Part shown: piece by piece, positions 43,919 to 44,852 of the stretch
How positions within the stretch are numbered: the first letter of the stretch is position 1
Layout of the letters: each line of letters begins with the position of its first letter
Sequence record: PZ239914.1
DNA length: 44,852 bases
Reading direction: 5' to 3' (one strand)
Source: a phage
The notes under the pieces: generated by a model
The model's input: only the letters and a program-made list of their open reading frames with translations
What the model was told of the DNA's origin: nothing
Database searches by the model: none
Translations under genes and position numbers: made by a program

Positions 43919-44625
43919 CTATTGCTAAAATGACAATCTGGTCACTGTTTGACGGCAGCGGCTTGATGATTGAGCGTGCTGCCGAGATGGGGCATAAGTG
44001 TTACTGCTTCAACTACTCCGAAGCCGATCATGGGTCTTACCTTGACTACCGTATTTATGGTCGCGGAATCCGTTATCGCAATGAGTTTATCGATCTGGAC
44101 TTTGTGGACCGCGCGATGAATGGAGATTTCGGTACGCCAGATATCATCTATGCGTTCCCGCCGTGTACGGATCTGGCGGTGAGCGGTGCGCCAGCTTTCC
44201 CGCGCAAGCGTGCAAAAGACCCAGCCTTTCAGCTTAAGGCGGTGCGCACCGCGAAGATCGCCGCTTACCTGGGTGACTTCTTCGAAGTGCCATATATGAT
44301 TGAGAATCCGCGCAGTGTGCTTTCCACCCAGTGGCGCAAGCCGGATCACTCGTTCGACCCGTGGGAGTATGGGGGCTATCTGCCGGTGGATGACGTACAC
44401 CCGCTCTTCCCGGAATACATCAACGCCCGCGATTCATATCCGAAGCTGACCTGCTTATGGACCGGCAACGGCTTCCGTATGCCAGAGAAGAGACCTGTTT
44501 TCGTTGAAAAAGGGTACTCGAAGCAGTATAGTCGCCTCGGAGGCAAATCAGCCCGCACAAAATTAATCCGGTCGCTCACTCCGCGCGGCTTCGCGATAGC
44601 GGTTAACGAGGAAAATTTAAGATGA
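43915..44625 (+). CDS. putative DNA methyltransferase with C5-cytosine-MTase-like motif order
   Basis: LFDGSGL (motif I-like), FPPCTDLAVSG (PC motif IV-like), MIENPRSV (motif VI-like); motifs are divergent. Confidence 0.45.
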   Translation: MTIAKMTIWSLFDGSGLMIERAAEMGHKCYCFNYSEADHGSYLDYRIYGRGIRYRNEFIDLDFVDRAMNGDFGTPDIIYAFPPCTDLAVSGAPAFPRKRAKDPAFQLKAVRTAKIAAYLGDFFEVPYMIENPRSVLSTQWRKPDHSFDPWEYGGYLPVDDVHPLFPEYINARDSYPKLTCLWTGNGFRMPEKRPVFVEKGYSKQYSRLGGKSARTKLIRSLTPRGFAIAVNEENLR

Positions 44626-44852
44626 ATACGACATTCGAAGCCATCGACTTTTCGGTCGCAATGACTAACCAGCTATTCACCTACGACAGCAAAACCGGAG
44701 TCATCCGTCTGAAGTCCACTGGCCGCAAGATTGGCAACATCAACACTGCCGATGGCGGAACACGTATCGAATGCAACGGCAAGACGCTATCGGGCGCACG
44801 CGTGGCGTGGATTATTGCGACGGGCAATACAATCCCTCCGGGATTCGCCGTT
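44622..44852 (+). CDS. HNH endonuclease-like protein, 5' partial (runs off the window)
   Basis: N-terminal pattern LFTYDSKTGVIRLKSTGRKIGNI...GARVAWIIATG typical of phage HNH homing endonucleases; GAGGA RBS. Confidence 0.5.
   Translation, partial: MNTTFEAIDFSVAMTNQLFTYDSKTGVIRLKSTGRKIGNINTADGGTRIECNGKTLSGARVAWIIATGNTIPPGFAV

Noticed and set aside
1-44852. tRNA genes
   Set aside because: No cloverleaf-compatible region with a T-loop GTTCRANYC signature was seen; GC hairpins such as 2642-2664 and the repeat-element hairpin are isolated stem-loops.
1-44852. Lysogeny module (integrase, CI-like repressor, attP)
   Set aside because: No tyrosine/serine recombinase-like ORF or repressor/anti-repressor pair was recognised; the HTH proteins present are better explained as replication-associated regulators. 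Absence by eye is not proof.

Overview
The window reads as a near-complete genome of a tailed dsDNA bacteriophage with a lambda-type siphovirus tail; no integrase, repressor, tRNA or CRISPR array was found. All calls come from reading the sequence and ORF track by eye, with no database searches or structure predictions run, so family assignments are motif- and synteny-based. Genes sit in two arms that diverge from a control region at 35266-35667 and converge on a bidirectional terminator at 3238-3266. The minus arm carries a regulator and primase-helicase, small unknown genes, a holin-endolysin cassette, terminase, portal, capsid and scaffold genes, and a lambda-order tail module (Z/U/V/G-T/H/M/L/K/I/J) followed by a side tail fiber. 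The plus arm carries an acidic repeat protein, a Cas4-like nuclease, an SSB-like protein, a family A DNA polymerase, VRR-NUC, an SNF2 helicase, two DNA methyltransferases and early genes that run across the window ends. The most unusual features are a duplicated ~174-bp noncoding element built from GTCCCGC iterons (one copy inserted between tail genes T and H), a strongly over-represented TTGGTTGCA 9-mer clustered in intergenic regions, two plus-strand gene islands embedded in the structural arm (one a candidate superinfection-exclusion lipoprotein), and a candidate DNA-mimic protein.
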